NCBI GenBank assembly: GCA_950097015.1
Contig: CATNEN010000007.1
Span: 5,084,001 to 5,148,000, forward strand
From: Macrostomum hystrix
Taxonomy: Eukaryota; Animalia; Platyhelminthes
Reading direction: 5' to 3'
DNA: 64,000 bases
Part shown: positions 1 to 12,789 of the stretch, in pieces
Position numbering within the stretch: the stretch's first letter is position 1
How the letters are laid out: each line of letters opens with the position of its first letter
Translations under genes and position numbers: made by a program
Notes under the pieces: model-generated
Seen by the model: the letters and a program-made list of their open reading frames with translations, nothing else
Database searches by the model: none
What the model was told of the DNA's origin: nothing

Positions 1-599
1 AATTTTATGTCAATAGTTTATTTATGGTTTTGTAATTTGCTCTAATTTATGCAGCTGCTATGCGGTATTGCGAAAGAGTAGGACCGATAAAAGCAGGCAC
101 ACCTGTTTTATAAATACTTTTTTGATTCTACAATTTGCATACTGGCTTATGTTTGTGTTTATATGCGCAAACAATTGTGAGTGAAATCTTCGGAATTAAT
201 GAGCCAACTCTGGGCCTCCCGCTCAGATACAGGCGGCAATTTGTTTACATCGCAACGATAAATGCAACCCAGGTTTGGACGATTCCCCCAATTCCATGGG
301 ATATCCGGACCTCGCTGAAACTTGACTCGATACTTTCACTTCTCCTATGGCCGAGTGTGTCCAGCTCCCACCACTCACCTTAGCAACCGAGCATAGCTAC
401 TGCCACCCACCCCTATACTGTGATTTCAATTTAGAATTGAAGGCGAAAAACACCCCCTCCGACCCACCCCGGCCCACAACAACCCCACCCCAGTCCGGGC
501 CTCACTAAATGGGCGAAAGCTGACACGCCTTCGCAACCCGGAAATTTCCTTTTTTTCTTCTCTTTCTATTTTTCTCTCGAAGTTTTTTCTCTAGGGTGA

Positions 600-800
600 A
601 GGAGGAACCGGCGGACTGGGCCCAGCCAATCAGAGACCGGGCCACCCCACCTCCCAGCCCACTCTCACCCAGGTCCAGGCGGCTCCATTTCTACTGCGCC
701 AGTTCTCATGCCCTCGCTCGCTCTCAGTCTCCGGCTCACACTATATTTAGTCTCGATTGTCTTTAGCGATCCAGTTTCCAATTTCCAGCGGCATCAAATT
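600..800 (+). promoter_or_regulatory. Candidate Six1/2 promoter region (CCAAT box, GC-rich, CT-rich)
   Basis: CAGCCAATCAGA at ~623-634 within GC-rich sequence ~600 bp upstream of the ATG. Motif evidence only. Confidence 0.3.
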
Positions 801-1231
801 CAATAATCCCACAGCTACAACTTCATTGTTCCCACTAGCCCACCCACGCGATATAGTTATCCCATTTCTGGGATCGTGCCGAACTACTGTCGTCGAGTGA
901 TTCAATAACTGCAGCGCGTGTAAGCCGACCGCGGAAGGAATTCAATACATCAGCCCGGGAGAGTAGGTAAGTCAATCTTATCCAGGGAGATCGTGTGTCA
1001 CAGTCGGGCTGTAGGGGGCTTTGAGGCGAGAGTGAGGCAGCAGGAAGAAGGGAGGGGCCGGCATTGAGAATCCGATCTCGCACTCAATAGCAACCGCTGA
1101 GCGTACTGTGCCCGCACCTACCCCAAGCCCGCCCTTCGTGCTCCAATTTCTGTCTGCAGCAGTGAAGAAATAATAAAGGCACCAGCCGGGCACTTCAGCG
1201 GTTAAAATAAGAGAGGCCGAACGACTGGCAG

Positions 1232-4200
1232 ATGATCCAGCAGCCGGCCGACTGCTACCTGGCCTGCTCAACTGAGGACGAGGCGGCCGTCTTTACTCAG
1301 CAGCAGCAGCAGCAGCAGCAGACATTGCTGACGCAAAGCGCTCAGCAAGAGCTTCATCAGCTGATTCCGCAGCATCAGCTGTCGGATGATTCCGAATGTT
1401 CCGGCGGTGGCGGTGGCGTCGGTGGCAACGGCAGCGGAGGCTGCCGCTTCACCCAGGATCAGGTAGCCTGCGTCTGTGAGGTGATGCGCAACTCAGGCGA
1501 CATGGACCGCCTGTCCCGCCTCATCTGGTCTCTGCCACCTTGCGAGCAGCTGCACCGCAATGAGTCCGTGCTCACCGCCAAGGCCTACGTGGCCTCGCAC
1601 CGGGAGAACTACAAGGAGCTGTACAGAATCCTGGAGAGCCACAGCTTCTCGCCGCGGCTGCACCCGCAACTGCAGGCGCTCTGGCTGAACGCACACTATC
1701 GCGAGGAGGAGAAAGTCAAGGGGCGGCCGCTCGGTGCCGTGGCCAAGTACCGGGTGCGCCGGAAGTTCCCGCTGCCGCGGACAATCTGGGACGGCGAGGA
1801 GACATCCTACTGCTTCAAAGAGAAGTCGCGCCAGGTGCTGCGCGAGTGGTACACGCACAATCCGTATCCTTCGCCGAGGGAGAAGAAAGAGCTGGCTGAG
1901 GAGACAGGCCTGACCACCACGCAGGTGTCCAACTGGTTCAAGAACCGCCGGCAGAGGGACCGAGCCGCCGATGGCAAGGACAGGTGAGTGCCCGGGAATT
2001 CGGTGATTGTAGCCTAGAGAATTCACTGTGCAACTCTCTCTCTCAGTTCAACTCTGATTGCAGCTCTCTCTCTCTCAGTTCAACTCTGATTGCAGCTCTC
2101 TCTCTCAGTTCAACTCTGATTGCAGCTCTCTCTCTCAGTTCAACTCTGATTGCAGCTCTCTCTCTCTCTCTTAGTTCAACTCTGATTGCAGCTCTCTCTC
2201 TCTCTCAGTTCAACTCTGATTGCAGCTCTCTCTCTCTCAGTTCAACTCTGATTGCAGCTCTCTCTCTCTCAGTTCAACTCTGATTGCAGCTCTCTCTCTC
2301 TCTTAGTTCAACTCTGATTGCAGCTCTCTCTCTCTCTCAGTTCAACTCTGATTGCAGCTCTCTCTCTCTCTCTCAGTTCAACTCTGATTGCAGCTCTCTC
2401 TCTCTCAGTTCAACTCTGATTGCAGCTCTCTCTCTCTCTCTCAGTTCAACTCTGATTGCAGCTCTCTCTCTCTCTCAGTTCAACTCTGATTGCAGCTCTC
2501 TCTCTCTCAGTTCAACTCTGATTGCAGCTCTCTCTCTCTCAGTTCAACTCTGATTGCAGCTCTCTCTCTCTCAGTTCAACTCTGATTGCAGCTCTCTCTC
2601 TCAGTTCAACTCTGATTGCAGCTCTCTCTCTCTCTCAGTTCAACTCTGATTGCAGCTCTCTCTCTCTCAGTTCAACTCTGATTGCAGCTCTCTCTCTCTC
2701 TCAGTTCAACTCTGATTGCAGCTCTCTCTCTCTCAGTTCAACTCTGATTGCAGCTCTCTCTCTCTCTCAGTTCAACTCTGATTGCAGCTCTCTCTCTCTC
2801 AGTTCAACTCTGATTGCAGCTCTCTCTCTCTCTCTCAGTTCAACTCTGATTGCAGCTCTCTCTCTCAGTTCAACTCTGATTGCAGCTCTCTCTCTCTCTC
2901 AATCGAACTCTGATTGCAGCTCTCTCTCTCAATCGAACTCTGATTGCAGCTCTCTCTCTCAATCGAACTCTGATTGCAGCTCTCTCTCTCTCAATCGAAC
3001 TCTGATTGCAGCTCTCTCTCTCTCAATCGAACTCTGATTGCAGCTCTCTCTCTCAGTTCAACTCTGATTGCAACTCTCTCTCTCAGTTCAACTCTGATTG
3101 CAACTCTCTCTCTCTCAGTTCAACTCTGATTGCAGCTCTCTCTCTCAGTTCAACTCTGATTGCAACTCTCTCTCTCAGTTCAACTCTGATTGCAGCTCTC
3201 TCTCTCTCAGTTCAACTCTGATTGCAACTCTCTCTCTCAGTTCAACTCTGATTGCAGCTCTCTCTCTCAGTTCAACTCTGATTGCAACTCTCTCTCTCAG
3301 TTCAACTCTGATTGCAGCTCTCTCTCAGTTCAACTCTGATTGCAGCTCTCTCTCTCAGTTCAACTCTGATTGCAGCTCTCTCTCTCTATTAAACTCTGAT
3401 TGCAGCTCTCATGTGCATCTGTAATCGCAGAGCCATCTCATAACCAAGTTCCGTCTTTGTCCATTTTACTGAGGCGTCTCAATCTCTGACGCGTTGGTGA
3501 CTATTGTTTTAATGGATTTTCATTACCCCCACGTTTAGTGTTTTGTTGACTCTTGACAAACTTAGCCGGAGCTTGTGGGCAGGTTTCATTGTCCCCCTGA
3601 GAACAGCTGCAACAGCTGCAGCAGCAGCAGCAGCAGCAGCAGTCAAAACTTATTGCTGAGCATATTAAACACTATATATAATAATGATGAGTGTTGACTT
3701 TCATGGGCACTGTTTGGTCACAAGCAGACCATCATTCTATATACGAGCTACTTCAGGGTGGTGTGTCTGTGTGCAATATGCGATAGTTGTTTAACAACTT
3801 ATTGAATATAGCCTAAAATAACATGCTAATAGCGGTGCACTGTGAAAATTCTTACACTGTGTTTGTCGTGCTGTCACTTTGGCTGCACTCGCGTGAGGGC
3901 GAAGCTTTTCAATTTAATTTCCTCTGCAGAAAGTGAGAGAAAACCAGAAGATAGAAATATAGAAGGGTCATCAAGAGGCCACATGAGAACTCGTTTGGCT
4001 GATAATGAATGCTGCATGACAGTTAGACATGAGGCCAAGTTGAGAAAGCTAATTTCTAGTCTCCCTTCTATCAGTTCTGCTACTCCTCACTGCATTCGCG
4101 TCTCTATGGGCCAAGTATTGTTTGCTCTTGTCTGAGCAGCTTCGGCCATAGAACAAGCGAGAATTATGCAAAACCAAGACTCCGAGTTGCCAAGGGAGGG

Positions 4201-7200
4201 ATGTTAACAAAGACTAGTTTAGGATTCGAACCTTCGACCCACTCATGGTCCAACAATTTGTTTGTCTGGCCAGCGGTCCACGAAATAACTTTCGCTTCCC
4301 GTCTTCTCTCGATTTTTTTGGGTCCTAAGACAAACACAAACTCGCTGGCTAGGCCCATTCGAATTAGACAAACAAGACCCTAAACGGTGCCTTCAAAATA
4401 GCTTTTAATGCCCAACTATTTTTTATATGCTGTTTGTCTTTTGTGTTGTCTCCCTACTAGACGGCTAGTAGGCCGTCTGTCAAATTTATTCAGTCTAACT
4501 TTATTTCTATGGGGCCTATTTTCTCGTGAAAAAACACGTGACTTTTGAATGGCCCGCCGAGGGACATCTAGATATACGCTCATAGAACATTTAGACAAAA
4601 ATTTACACGGTGCACGGTGCTTCTAAAGGCTGTGTACAACTGTTCAGTCCACGGACTGGGGTAGTCGCCACCAAAATTTCTACCCAAGCTGATGTAGTGC
4701 AGGAGGGCTGGGGGCAACGGTACATTATTTGGTGACACTAGACCCGCAGGCAGCACGCACACACAGGTGTGTACATCTGCCCTGACTTTCTCATCGTCAG
4801 GCAGTGTACACTCTCACTGTGCCTTGGAGGTTGGCCCTCAAGGGCGTAAATTACACGACAAGCCCCCAAGCCTTCTCTCCGCGGCTGCGCTCCAATTTAT
4901 GAGATGTAGCCTCACCGCAGAATCGAGCTCAGGGACATTAGACTCAGTGGATAGACTCGGGGACATTGGTGTACAGCCGGGTCAAACAAAGCAATAGACT
5001 CGGGGACATTAATGTACAGCTGGGTCAAACAAAGCAATAGACTCGGGGACATTGGTGTACAGCCGGGTCAAACAAAGTAATAGACTCAGGGACATTGATG
5101 TACAGCCGGGTCAAACAAAGCAATAGACTCGGGGACATTGGTGTACAGCTGGGTCAAACAAAGCAATAGACTCAGGGACATTGATGTACAGCCGGGTCAA
5201 ACAAAGCAATAGACTCGGGGACATTGGTGTACAGCTGGGTCAAACAAAGCAATAGACTCGGGGACATTGGTGTACAGCTGGGTCAAACAAAGCAATAGAC
5301 TCGGGGACATTGGACAACGAAAATTATCCAAATGAAATTCTATTTTCGAGTAGAACTGCTCAAACTTTAGAATGGCCTAATTTTAATGATGGGCGGGCGT
5401 GAAAGTTGTGTTCGAGCTGCAATATCCCCAAAAGCGTCAGACATGTCGAGGCCAATCGTTCGGCTGACAGGCGGGGAGACAACCCGAGTTTTTAAGGCGG
5501 GCTAATAGAAAATGGTGCGAGAGTTCTGTTCGGCATTTCTCACTCGCGCACTCATATCGGATCCGCCTCCAGAGAGTGTGCGCGCGCGTCTGGATGCAGG
5601 CAAGGAGGTTGGTTGGGGCTGTGGCTGGCGAAACCTGAGCCGGCTCTCGCTCTCGCTCTTTGAACAGTTCCATCTGGTCAGGTCGAGCTGCAGTGTGGTG
5701 CGCCGCGTGGATAGGCAGAGAGAAAAAAGCGACAAACGAAGGCCTGTCGGTGCAAAAGAGAGTTTTAGGGGGGAGGGGGTAGGTGAGGGGAGAGTTCGGG
5801 GGGGGACGCAGGAGGTGTCAGGTTACTCTCGCATTAGATTTAGGGAACTGGCAGCCCTGTTCCGGGGCTACATGAGTGTGAGACAGTGTCTCTTCTGCTG
5901 CTCTTCAATCGCATGCTAAATTGTGTGCCGAGTATGCCAGGCGTGTCTATTGCAGTTTCTTGACTGTGCGAATGTGCTTTTGTTGCTTTTTTGTTAGCTC
6001 TATGATGGCTCGTCCGATTTCTATATTTTTTTGGTTTCATTGCTTTTTTTCGGTGGAAAAATAAATCTGTGTGCATTTGTTGTTGTCTGTCTGTGAATGT
6101 CAGTTGTTGCAGACCTCATAAGCCAAAGCGTGTGCATCGGTTAACATCGTGATAGGCCTGGGTCGGTATACCGCGTTAGTGAACAGACTGCTGTAACTTG
6201 AGTTGCTGCTTGGGAACCAGATAAAACAAGTGCGGAAAATATTATTCAAATATTCAAGCTTTTGGTTTGCTTTTGATTTGCTTAGGCAACAAAATTTAAT
6301 TCGGATTCGGGAATTTAGAGGAGAAGAATCGGGAATTCGGGGAGAAGAATCGGGAATTATGGGAGAAGAATCGGGAATTCGGGGAGAAGAATCGGGAATT
6401 CGGGGAGAAGAATCGGGAATTCGGAGAGAAGAATCGGGAATTCGGAGAGAAGAATCGGGAATTATGGGAGAAGAATCGGGAATTATGGGAGAAGAATCGG
6501 GGAATTCGGGGAGAATAATCGGGAATTATGGGAGAAGAATCGGGAATTATGGGAGAAGAATCGGGGAATTCGGGGAGAATAATCGGGAATTATGGGAGAA
6601 GAATCGGGAATTATGGGAGAAGAATCGGGAATTCGGGGAGAATAATCGGGAATTATGGGAGAAGAATCGGGAATTATGGGAGAAGAATCGGGAATTATGG
6701 GAGAAGAATCGGGAATTCGGGGAGAATAATCGGGAATTATGGGAGAAGAATCGGGAATTCGGGGAGAATAATCGGGAATTATGGGAGAAGAATCGGGAAT
6801 TCGGAGAGAAGAATCGGGAATTATGGGAGAAGAATCGGGAATTATGGGAGAAGAATCGGGAATTCGGGGAGAAGAATCGGGAATTATGGGAGAAGAATCG
6901 GGAATTCGGGGAGAAGAATCGGGAATTCGGGGAGAAGAATCGGGAATTCGGGGAGAAGAATCGGGAATTCGGGGAGAATAATCGGGAATTATGGGAGAAG
7001 AATCGGGAATTATGGGAGAAGAATCGGGAATTCGGGGAGAAGAATCGGGAATTATGGGAGAAGAATCGGGAATTCGGGGAGAAGAATCGGGAATTCGGGG
7101 AGAAGAATCGGGAATTCGGGTAGAAAAATCGAGAATTCGGGGAGAAGAATCGGGAATTCGGTGAGAAGAATCGAGAATTCGGAGAGAAGAATCGGGAATT

Positions 7201-10200
7201 ATGGGAGAATAATCGGGAATTCGGGGAGAAGAATCGGGAATTCGGGTAGAAGAATCGGGAATTCGGTGAGAAGAATCGGGAATTCGGGGAGAAGAATCGG
7301 GAATTATGGGAGAAGAATCGGGAATTATGGGAGAAGAATCGGGAATTCGGAGAGAAGAATCGGGAATTCGGTAAGGGGAATCGGGAATTCGGTAAGAGGA
7401 ATCGGGAATTCGGTAAGAAGAATCGGGAATTCGGGTAGAAGAATCGGGAATTCGGGGAGAAGAATCGGGAATTATGGGAGAAGAATCGGGAATTCGGAGA
7501 GAAGAATCGGGAATTCGGTAAGAGGAATCGGGAATTCGGTAAGAAGAATCTGGAATTCGGGGAGAAGAATCGAGAATTCGGGGAGAAGAATCGGGAATTC
7601 GGGGAGAAGAATCGAGAATTCGGTGAGAATAATCGGGAATTCGGGGAGAAGAATCGGGAATTCGGAGAGAAGAATCGGGAATTCGGAGAGAATAATCGGG
7701 AATTCGGAGAGAAGAATCGGGAATTATGGGAGAAGAATCGGGAATTCGGAGAGAAGAATCGGGAATTCGGAGAGAATAATCGGGAATTCGGAGAGAATAA
7801 TCGGGAATTCGGGGAGAAGAATCGGGAATTCGGGGAGAAGAATCGGGAATTCGGAGAGAAGAATCGGGAATTCGGAGAGAATAATCGGGAATTCGGAGAG
7901 AATAATCGGGAATTCGGGGAGAATAATCGGGAATTCGGAGAGAAGAATCGGGAATTCGGAGAGAATAATCGGGAATTCGGAGAGAAGAATCGGGAATTAT
8001 GGGAGAAGAATCGGGAATTCGGGTAGAAGAATCGGGAATTCGGGTAGAAGAATCGGGAATTCGGAGGGAAGAATCGGGAATTCGGAGAGAAGAATCGGGA
8101 ATTATGGAGAAGAATCGGGAATTCGGGGAGAATAATCGGGAATTATGGGAGAAGAATCGGGAATTCGGGGAGAAGAATCGAGAATTCGGGGAGAAGAATC
8201 GAGAATTCGGTGAGAATAATCGGGAATTCGGGGAGAAGAATCGGGAATTCGGAGAGAAGAATCGGGAATTCGGAGAGAAGAATCGGGAATTATGGGAGAA
8301 GAATCGGGAATTCGGGTAGAAGAATCGGGAATTATGGGAGAAGAATCGGGAATTCGGGTAGAAGAATCGGGAATTATGGGAGAAGAATCGGGAATTATGG
8401 GAGAAGAATCGGGAATTCGGGTAGAAAAATCGAGAATTCGGGGAGAAGAATCGGGAATTCGGTGAGAAGAATCGAGAATTCGGAGAGAAGAATCGGGAAT
8501 TATGGAGAATAATCGGGAATTCGGTGAGAAGAATCGGGAATTCGGAGAGAAGAATCGGGAATTCGGAGAGAAGAATCGGGAATTATGGGAGAAGAATCGG
8601 GAATTCGGGTAGAAGAATCGGGAATTCGGGTAGAAGAATCGGGAATTCGGAGGGAAGAATCGGGAATTCGGAGAGAAGAATCGGGAATTATGGAGAAGAA
8701 TCGGGAATTCGGGGAGAATAATCGGGAATTATGGGAGAAGAATCGGGAATTCGGGAAGAGGAATCGAGAATTCGGGGAGAAGAATCGAGAATTCGGTGAG
8801 AATAATCGGGAATTCGGGGAGAAGAATCGGGAATTCGGAGAGAAGAATCGGGAATTCGGAGAGAAGAATCGGGAATTATGGGAGAAGAATCGGGAATTCG
8901 GAGAGAAGAATCGGGAATTATGGGAGAAGAATCGGGAATTCGGGTAGAAGAATCGGGAATTATGGGAGAAGAATCGGGAATTATGGGAGAAGAATCGGGA
9001 ATTCGGGTAGAAAAATCGAGAATTCGGGGAGAAGAATCGGGAATTCGGTGAGAAGAATCGGGAATTATGGAGAATAATCGGGAATTCGGTGAGAAGAATC
9101 GGGAATTCGGAGAGAAGAATCGGGAATTATGGAGAATAATCGGGAATTCGGTGAGAAGAATCGGGAATTCGGAGAGAAGAATCGGGAATTATGGAGAATA
9201 ATCGGGAATTCGGTGAGAAGAATCGGGAATTCGGAGAGAAGAATCGGGAATTATGGAGAATAATCGGGAATTCGGTGAGAAGAATCGGGAATTCGGAGAG
9301 AAGAATCGGGAATTATGGAGAATAATCGGGAATTCGGTGAGAAGAATCGGGAATTCGGAGAGAAGAATCGGGAATTCGGAGAGAAGAATCGGGAATTCGG
9401 AGAGAAGAATCGGGAATTCGGAGAGAAGAATCGGGAATTCGGAGAGAAGAATCGGGAATTATGGGAGAAGAATCGGGAATTCGGGGAGAATAATCGGGAA
9501 TTATGGGAGAAGAATCAGGAATTCGGGGAGAATAATCGGGAATTATGGGAGAAGAATCAGGAATTATGGGAGAATAATCGGGAATTATGGGAGAAGAATC
9601 GGGAATTCGGAGAGAAGAATCGGGAATTCGGAGAGAAGAATCGGGAATTCGGAGAGAAGAATCGGGAATTCGGAGAGAAGAATCGGGAATTCGGAGAGAA
9701 TAATCGGGAATTATGGGAGAAGAATCGGGAATTCAGGGAGAATAATCGGGAATTATGGGAGAAGAATCGGGAATTCGGAGAGAAGAATCGGGAATTATGG
9801 GAGAAGAATCGGGAATTCGGGGAGAATAATCGGGAATTCGGGGAGAAGAATCGGGAATTCGGTGAGAATAATCGGGAATTCGGGGAGAAGAATCGGGAAT
9901 TCGGAGAGAAGAATCGGGAATTATGGGAGAAGAATCGGGAATTCGGGGAGAAGAATCGGGAATTATGGGAGAAGAATCGGGAATTCGGGGAGAAGAATCG
10001 GGAATTCGGTGAGAATAATCGGGAATTCGGGGAGAAGAATCGGGAATTCGGTGAGAAGAATCGAGAATTCGGAGAGAAGAATCGGGAATTATGGGAGAAT
10101 AATCGGGAATTCGGGTAGAAGAATCGGGAATTCGGGGAGAAGAATCGAGAATTCGGGGAGAAGAATCGGGAATTATGGGAGAATAATCGGGAATTCGGAG

Positions 10201-12351
10201 AGAAGAATCGGGAATTATGGGAGAAGAATCGGGAATTCGGGTAGAAGAATCGGGAATTCGGGGAGAAGAATCGGGAATTATGGGAGAAGAATCGGGAATT
10301 ATGGGAGAAGAATCGGGAATTCGGAGAGAAGAATCGGGAATTATGGGAGAAGAATCGGGAATTATGGGAGAAGAATCGGGAATTCGGAGAGAAGAATCGG
10401 GAATTCGGTAAGAGGAATCGGGAATTCGGTAAGAAGAATCTGGAATTCGGGGAGAAGAATCGAGAATTCGGGGAGAAGAATCGGGAATTCGGTAAGAAGA
10501 ATCTGGAATTCGGGGGGAAAAAATCGGGAATTCGGTAAGAAGAATCTCGAATTCGGGGAGAATAATCGGGAATTTCTTCCTGATGCCATTTGAGTTCAGA
10601 GTCTAGATTCGAGTCCCATTTGTGGGAGCAGGAGCATACGGTTTTCACTCCGTATCGTCATATCAAACAGTCGTGATTCCAAAATATTGCAATAAAGCAT
10701 TGAGTGGCTCGTAGTTTGAGTGGCCTTAATTTTGAGTGTTTCCCTTATTATTAGCCCGATCCCAATATTTGATCGATTTCATAGAAAATTTTGGACGGCG
10801 ATCAAGGAAGCCAAAAATAGGTCCGAAATGAAAAAAAACTCTGGCTGAAGTGCCGAAAAAGAGGCAAAAATCTGAGTCGAGAGGGGACAGAGGGAAGTTT
10901 GGCTTTTTGAGTCGTGCTCAAAACTACCTTGTCCCCTCGGGGGGGGGGCTGGGAACGAGAAGCTCCTCACTTGGGGTAGGTCAATCACTGCCTGGCACCG
11001 CCCTGTCTCCTGGCCAGCTGTTTGAGACTGCTCATTCACTCTCCCCGCAGGGTGAGAATAGGGCACTCGGGAGCACCCACTTGAGCACCGCTGTGTCCTC
11101 GCGGAGTGGAGAAAAGCGAGTCGAGAATATTCGCAATCGAAAAACAAAAACTTGGCTAGGGATTTTTTCCTCATTTTTCAGCGTCAAGTGCTCTAATGGA
11201 ATATTCTGTTGCTTCCGAAATGCTCGGGGGTAGCTGGGGGTTGAGAGGACAATTAATAAACAATTTAATTCTGTGCCAAAATAAATCCCAAGTTTGAATT
11301 TGGTACTCGAGTCTCTCCACTGTTTGGCTAACAAAGACCTCGGGACCCGCAACACATTTGAGCTGAGTGGCAGCCGTTCGAACCTGTCTTTTTGACTTCT
11401 GAGTTTGAGAAGCAGATGCCACTTGAGCCATCTAATCGAATTGCCTTCATTTGCTCACCTTTTGATTATTGATTTGCTCACTGCAATGTTTGACAAGCTT
11501 ACTGAAGCGCACCTACCTTCGTTCACCACAGAATTCCAGGGCTGGGCAGCCCCTCGGACTCCATCGACCTGAAGCTGGACGACCTGCAGCAGCCGGAGCG
11601 GCCGATCGGGATGTCGGCGAAGGCCCAGCTGCCGGACGAGCTGCATCATTCGGCCGGCGGGGTCGGAGCAACGACTTCCGCCTCCTCGTCGGCCTCGTCA
11701 GCTTCTTCGTCTTTGTCGTCGGCTGGCACTGCGGCACACCTGCAGCAACAGCAGCAGCAGCAGCTGCACTCGACTGCCATTGGCTACCAGCAGATGACCC
11801 CTTACCTGCAGCAGCAGCAGCAGCCGCTCTACCCCATCCTGTCGCCCTACTCGGGCAGCCAGGTTGTCTGCGAGTCGCCTCCGCTGCCGGGCGGCTCCGC
11901 GCACGACAGAACCAGCGCCGCCTCCACCTCGCCTGACGAAGACCTGCCACTGCACCATCAGCACCTGCAGCATGCTCAGCACTACCACTATCAGCATCCT
12001 CACCTCCTCCACCATCATCAGCAACAGCAGCAGCATCAGCAGCTGCATGATCACCAGACCTACCAGACAATGCACAGTCATCAGCACCACCTGCAGCATC
12101 AGCAACTGCAGCAGCAGCAGCAACAGCAGCAGCATCAACTGCACCAGCAGCATCAGCAGTACTTCCAACCCATGGACGAATATCACCATCTGTACCCGTT
12201 TCACCATCAGGCGGCAGCGGCGGCGGCTGCGGCTGTAGCGGCCGCCAGCGGTCACCCAATGACCGACTCGGCTGCGGACAAGAAGCTGACGGAGGCGGAC
12301 GCGCTGCTGTTCCATCCGGGATTCGCCGGTGCGGCGGCCTACAGCCTGTGA
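1232..12351 (+). CDS. Six1/2: Six1/2 (sine oculis-class) homeobox transcription factor, 2 exons (1232-1983, 11532-12351), ~523 aa
   Basis: SIX domain ([12 protein letters not shown]...WDGEE) followed by a homeodomain with the Six1/2-diagnostic ETSY tetrapeptide and [10 protein letters not shown]. Donor AG|GTGAGT at 1983/1984 sits at the conserved position just after the homeodomain. Acceptor CACAG| at 11531 restores the frame into the Q/H/A-rich ORF ending at 12351. Intron is 9548 bp. Confidence 0.93.
2030..3410 (+). repeat. Compound minisatellite CAGTTCAACTCTGATTGCAG+(CT)n, ~30-36 bp unit, ~40 copies
   Basis: Directly visible. Starts ~45 bp after the Six1/2 donor; variant blocks near 2900-3030 and 3070-3290. 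Confidence 0.97.
3836..4614. mobile_element. Candidate non-autonomous DNA transposon (MITE-like), ~780 bp
   Basis: Imperfect 15-bp inverted termini TGCACTGTGAAAATT / AATTTACACGGTGCA, flanked by a CGG direct repeat (3833-3835, 4615-4617). No convincing coding capacity. Confidence 0.4.
4620..4672 (-). repeat. Fragment of the dispersed repeat (SINE body) also present at ~30265-30315
   Basis: AAGGCTGTGTACAACTGTTCAGTCCACGGACTGGGG aligns with AAGGCTGCGTACAGCTGTTCAGTCCATGGACTGGGG near 30270. Confidence 0.6.
4934..5312 (+). repeat. 43-bp tandem repeat, ~8.5 copies
   Basis: Unit GGACATTGGTGTACAGCCGGGTCAAACAAAGCAATAGACTCGG repeated with few variants. Confidence 0.95.
6310..10580 (+). repeat. 21-bp purine/G-rich satellite (GAAGAATCGGGAATTCGGGGA and ...TTATGGGA variants), ~4.2 kb, ~200 copies
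   Basis: Directly visible, inside the Six1/2 intron. Higher-order duplicated blocks (e.g. ~7999 vs ~8585). Confidence 0.98.
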
Positions 12352-12789
12352 GCTACACAAATTGTACACACACACAATAGCCCGCCATCTAATACAGATT
12401 TCTAACTGCAATCAAGAAGGCAAATTCACTTTCACTGCTGATAATGTCACCCGGCTTTGCAATAATTGTTTGACTGGCATTGCTGAAGGAATTTGCTTAT
12501 ATTAGTCAAGCATGAGCTCATGATGCAGTGCTCATGTGCTCAGCCATAATCGCTATTCTCACTGCTATTTAACTACAGAATTCAATAGAGTACGCATTGT
12601 ACTTTTAAACTCTTCGGTCACGCTTTTTGAGTGCAATGACTTGCGTTTTCAGTTGCTCTTCCTCTTGTTTCATTAAAGATTTCTTTTTCAGCTTGTCGGC
12701 TGCAGTGCGCGCATTGTCTCTCCTTATTTTTTAGCTTGCTCTGTCCTACTTGGGTTCTTTCTTGCCTGATAGATTTGCTTCTTCCGATC

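Noticed and set aside
6310-10580. NF-kB site array (GGGAATTC core)
   Set aside because: The units lack the terminal CC of the kB consensus (GGGAATTCGG rather than GGGAATTCCC); the resemblance is only partial.
6203-10648. Long ORFs (up to 535 aa) of GRRIGNS / EKNREFG type
   Set aside because: Translations of the 21-bp satellite, open in several frames at once. The same applies to the repeat ORFs at 2.0-3.4, 12.7-17.7, 22.6-26.3, 28-32.7, 50.3-51.4, 60-61.2 and 63 kb.
11513-12411. Antisense ORFs over Six1/2 exon 2, and similarly over APCDD1 exons, the MULE, QARS and gag-pol
   Set aside because: Shadow ORFs expected opposite GC-rich or CAG-rich coding sequence; no independent motifs.
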